Below, one piece after another: positions 60,771 to 64,000 of a DNA stretch of 64,000 nt; within the stretch, counting starts at the first letter, position 1; every line of letters starts with the position of its first letter. Under the pieces are notes generated by a model, which worked only from the letters and a program-made list of their open reading frames with translations, ran no database searches and was not told the DNA's origin. The stretch comes from an uncultured Acidobacteriota bacterium. GTDB lineage: Bacteria > Acidobacteriota > UBA6911. Where the stretch lies: positions 128,001 through 192,000 of the forward strand of contig CAWEJX010000004.1 of the NCBI GenBank assembly GCA_963809485.1, written 5' to 3'. The translations under genes and the position numbers were made by a program.

Positions 60771-62416
60771 ATGCCGCAAATCAGAAGGAAGCTGAGCCGG
60801 ACCGTGCTTTCTGGAATCATCCCAATATTTATCCTTTTAAGCGCTGCGCTAATTTTGCACACAGGCACAATCCCGGCGCGCGCCCAGGCTTTCGCGGACC
60901 TGAAAACGGCGCTGGTGGACTACTCGAAGGCGGATATGGAGCCCGGCAAGGATTGCGAGGCGTTGAGCGAGTTCAAGTCGAAGGAGATTGTGCAGATCAC
61001 GGCGGCAACAATACCCGCCACCGCCGCGGTGCCTGCCTACTGTCGCGTCACCGGTCTGCTCGATCCCGAGATCGCGTTCGAGGTGAGTCTGCCGGCCAAG
61101 TGGAACGGCCGCTTTTATATGATCGGCAACGGCGGCCACGCGGGCGAGGCGCTGGACGATGCCAGGCCGCGTCTCGCAGCGCAACGCATGCCTTGCAGGT
61201 CGGATTCGCCGTCGCGCAGACGAATACGGGCCACGACTCGCGCAAGGAGCCGGGCGCGACCTTTGTGCTGAGCAATCCGCAGAAGGCAATCGACTATGCC
61301 TACCGTGCGGTGCACCTCACGGCCACGACCGCCAAGGCACATCACGAAGGACTATTACGGCAAGCCGGTTTCCAACGCCTACTGGAACTCCTGCTCCAAC
61401 GGCGGGCGCCAGGGCCTGATCGAGGCGCAGCGCTTCCCGGAAGACTTCGACGGCATCGTGGCCAACGCGCCGTGGCTGGATCAGACGGGTTTCACGATCG
61501 GCGCAATGTGGAACCAGAAAGCGCTCAGCGAGGCGCCGGTCACGGCTGCCAAAATGGCGCTGGTGGCCGACAAAGTCATGGCTAAATGCGATGCGATCGA
61601 CGGACTCAAAGACGGATTGATCGACGATCCGCGCAAGTGCACCTTCGATCCGGCGCGCGACGTCCCGGCCTGCAGCGCGGACACGGATGGCGCAGACTGT
61701 CTCACCGCCGCCCAGGCAGCGGCAATCGCCAAGGTTTATGGCGGTCCGGTGAGCAACGGCAAGCCCTTCTTCCCCGGTTTCATGCCGGGCAGCGAAGCGG
61801 TGATGCCGAACCTGTTTCGGCGGCGGCACCGGCAGCGGGTGGATGAACATGATCGTGAGCGCGCAGCCGGATGGCAAGCCCGCGGATTTCGGCCTGGCGG
61901 AAAACACGATGCGTTATCTCGTGCACAAGCCGCCGAAACCGGATTACGATTACAAGACGTTCGACTTTCGACCGCGACATTCACATGCTGGACGACTGGA
62001 GCAAGCAGGCCGATGCGAAGAATCCGGACCTTTCGAAATTTCAAAAAGCGCGGCGGCAAGCTGCTCATGACCTATGGATGGGCGGACTCGATCCTGCAGC
62101 CGATGATGGGCGTGAATTACTACGAGCAGGCAGTGGCCAAGAACGGTCCGGATACGACCGATTTCTTCCGCCTGTTCATGGTGCCGGGCATGTCGCACTG
62201 CAGCGGCGGCATCGGTCCGGATCGCCACGATCCCGATGACGGCGATCATCAACTGGGTGGAAAAGGACAAAGCCCCGGACTCGATGCTGGCGAAGCCGCG
62301 TCGTGGACAACCAGGTGGTGCGCACACGCCCGTTGTGCCCATACCCGCAGGTGGCGCGCTACTCGGGCCAGGGCAGCATCGACGATGCCGCCAACTTCCG
62401 CTGCGTGGTGCCCTGA
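60771..62416 (+). CDS. Tannase/feruloyl esterase family hydrolase, exported, multiply frameshifted
   Basis: 'LPAKWNGRF..GNGG', 'TNTGH', 'CSNGGRQG', 'FPEDFDGI', 'CDAIDGLKDG', 'GWADS', 'PGMSHCSGG', 'RPLCPYP' spread across several frames. Confidence 0.85.
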
Positions 62417-62468
62417 TTTGGGGCCGCGAAATATTCACGGACACACCTCTTGGAACAGGAGAACTGCC

Positions 62469-64000
62469 ATGAGAATTCCATCGGCCGCCGCTTTGTCCGT
62501 TTTTGCATTCTTTGCCTTGTTCGCCTGTTCCCGGCAGCCGGAGAAGACCGGATCCGCCATGAAAACGCTGAAAATCGAGCCGCTGAAGTTTACCGAGCGC
62601 ACATTGCCCAACGGACTGCGCGTCTATGCAATGCCTGACACGAATACGGCGAACGTATCGGTACAGGTCTGGTATGACGTGGGTTCGAAGGACGATCCGG
62701 CCGGCCGGTCGGGCTTCGCGCATCTCTTCGAACACATCATGTTCAAAGCGACACGCAACATGCCCGCGGAGATGCTCGACCGCCTGACGGAAGATGTCGG
62801 CGGCGAAAACAACGCATCCACCGGGGACGACTTTACGAACTACTACGAAGTCGTCCCGGCCAACCACCTCGAGCGGTTGTTGTGGGCGGAGGCCGAACGG
62901 ATGGGCTCCCTTGTCGTCGATAAGGCGATTTTTCTTTCCGAGCGCGATGTCGTGAAGGAGGAATTCCGCCAGCGCGTCCTGGCCTCCCCCTACGGCAAGC
63001 TTTTTCTCTATCTACCTCAGACCAATTTCTCCGTGCATCCGTACGGGCGCCCGGGCATCGGCTCGATCAAGGATCTGGACGCGGCCACGATCGAGGACGT
63101 GCGGGCCTTTCACGCCACGTACTATCGACCGGACAATGCGGTGCTGGTCGTTTCCGGAAATTTCGATCCCTCTCAACTTGACGGGTGGATCCATAAATAT
63201 TTCGGACCGATCCCCGCACCGAAACGGCCGATCCCCCGCGTAACGGCCAAAGAACCGGCGCGCACCGCTCCGCGCGCATACACCGTCTACGAACCAAACA
63301 CCCCGCTGCCCGCGGTATCGGTTTCCTATCCGTCCCCGGAAGCGTTGAGCCCCGACCAGGCGGCGCTGAGCGTGCTCGACGCCATCCTGTCCAAGGGCGA
63401 AAGCTCGAGGCTCTACCAGTCGATGGTGTACACACAGCAGATCGCGACGGAGGTGTTCACCCTCTATGATCCGACACGCGATGCGGGCGCCTACAGCCTG
63501 ATAGCGATCCTGAGCGAGGGCAAACCGGCGGATGACGGCCTCAAGTCTTTAAGCGCCGAGATCGCGCGCGTCCGCGACGGCGCGGTCACCGCAGCCGAGC
63601 TCGATGAAGCGAAGAACGAGCTGGTCTCCGAAACCCTGCGCGGCCGCGAGACGGCGTTCGGCCGGGCTATGGAGCTGGCAAATTCGGTGATGCGCTACCG
63701 CGACGCCAGGCACGCCGACAAGTTGCTGGACGAGATCCAGACCGTCAGGGCGGAGGACGTTCATCGGGTGGCGAGGAGGGTGATTGACGACGGCAAGCAG
63801 GTGACAATCCGTTATCTGCCGGAGGAGGCCAAACCGCCGGGCGTCGGAAGCGACGCGATCGCGTCAGCGGCAACCATTCAAGCCCAGAAGCTCGACATCC
63901 CACAGGATGAGATCCCATCCTATGTTCTTGCGCCGGAAGCCGAGCGCGCGAAGCCGCCGGCGCCGGCTGCACCCGTAGCGGCAAAACTTCCCGCTCCGTG
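62469..64000 (+). CDS. M16 (pitrilysin-family) zinc peptidase lipoprotein, running off the window end
   Basis: Not in the ORF track. ATG 62469 with AGGAG RBS, lipobox 'LFAC', 'LPNGLRV', 'VWYDVGS', HLFEH (HxxEH), 'NAST', 'YYRPDNAVLVVSG'. Confidence 0.92.
   Translation, partial: MRIPSAAALSVFAFFALFACSRQPEKTGSAMKTLKIEPLKFTERTLPNGLRVYAMPDTNTANVSVQVWYDVGSKDDPAGRSGFAHLFEHIMFKATRNMPAEMLDRLTEDVGGENNASTGDDFTNYYEVVPANHLERLLWAEAERMGSLVVDKAIFLSERDVVKEEFRQRVLASPYGKLFLYLPQTNFSVHPYGRPGIGSIKDLDAATIEDVRAFHATYYRPDNAVLVVSGNFDPSQLDGWIHKYFGPIPAPKRPIPRVTAKEPARTAPRAYTVYEPNTPLPAVSVSYPSPEALSPDQAALSVLDAILSKGESSRLYQSMVYTQQIATEVFTLYDPTRDAGAYSLIAILSEGKPADDGLKSLSAEIARVRDGAVTAAELDEAKNELVSETLRGRETAFGRAMELANSVMRYRDARHADKLLDEIQTVRAEDVHRVARRVIDDGKQVTIRYLPEEAKPPGVGSDAIASAATIQAQKLDIPQDEIPSYVLAPEAERAKPPAPAAPVAAKLPAP

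Overview
A GC-rich bacterial window. The large TonB-dependent receptor with an N-terminal carboxypeptidase-like domain suggests an Acidobacteriota-like organism (inference). It carries a sigma54-controlled Cus-type metal efflux operon with its two-component system, a metY-metX/W-rrf2-cysK-moeB-csd sulfur operon, an AprAB-like flavoprotein/ferredoxin pair, and many exported hydrolases. The main hidden signal is three paralogous exported proteins of ~590 aa (29374-31161, 31282-33042, 58779-60536) that the ORF track splits in two. Each has an in-frame TGA at the same aligned position, giving a U-x-x-C motif, followed exactly 11 nt later by a SECIS-like hairpin. They are very probably secreted or lipoprotein UGSC-type (PrdB/GrdB-like) selenoproteins. 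The window also holds five copies of a non-autonomous IS200/IS605-ended palindromic element with nested inverted repeats, one of which splits the cusB/cusA junction, plus other REP-like palindromes. About ten genes carry single-base frameshifts, probably long-read assembly errors. No rRNA, tRNA or CRISPR array was seen.
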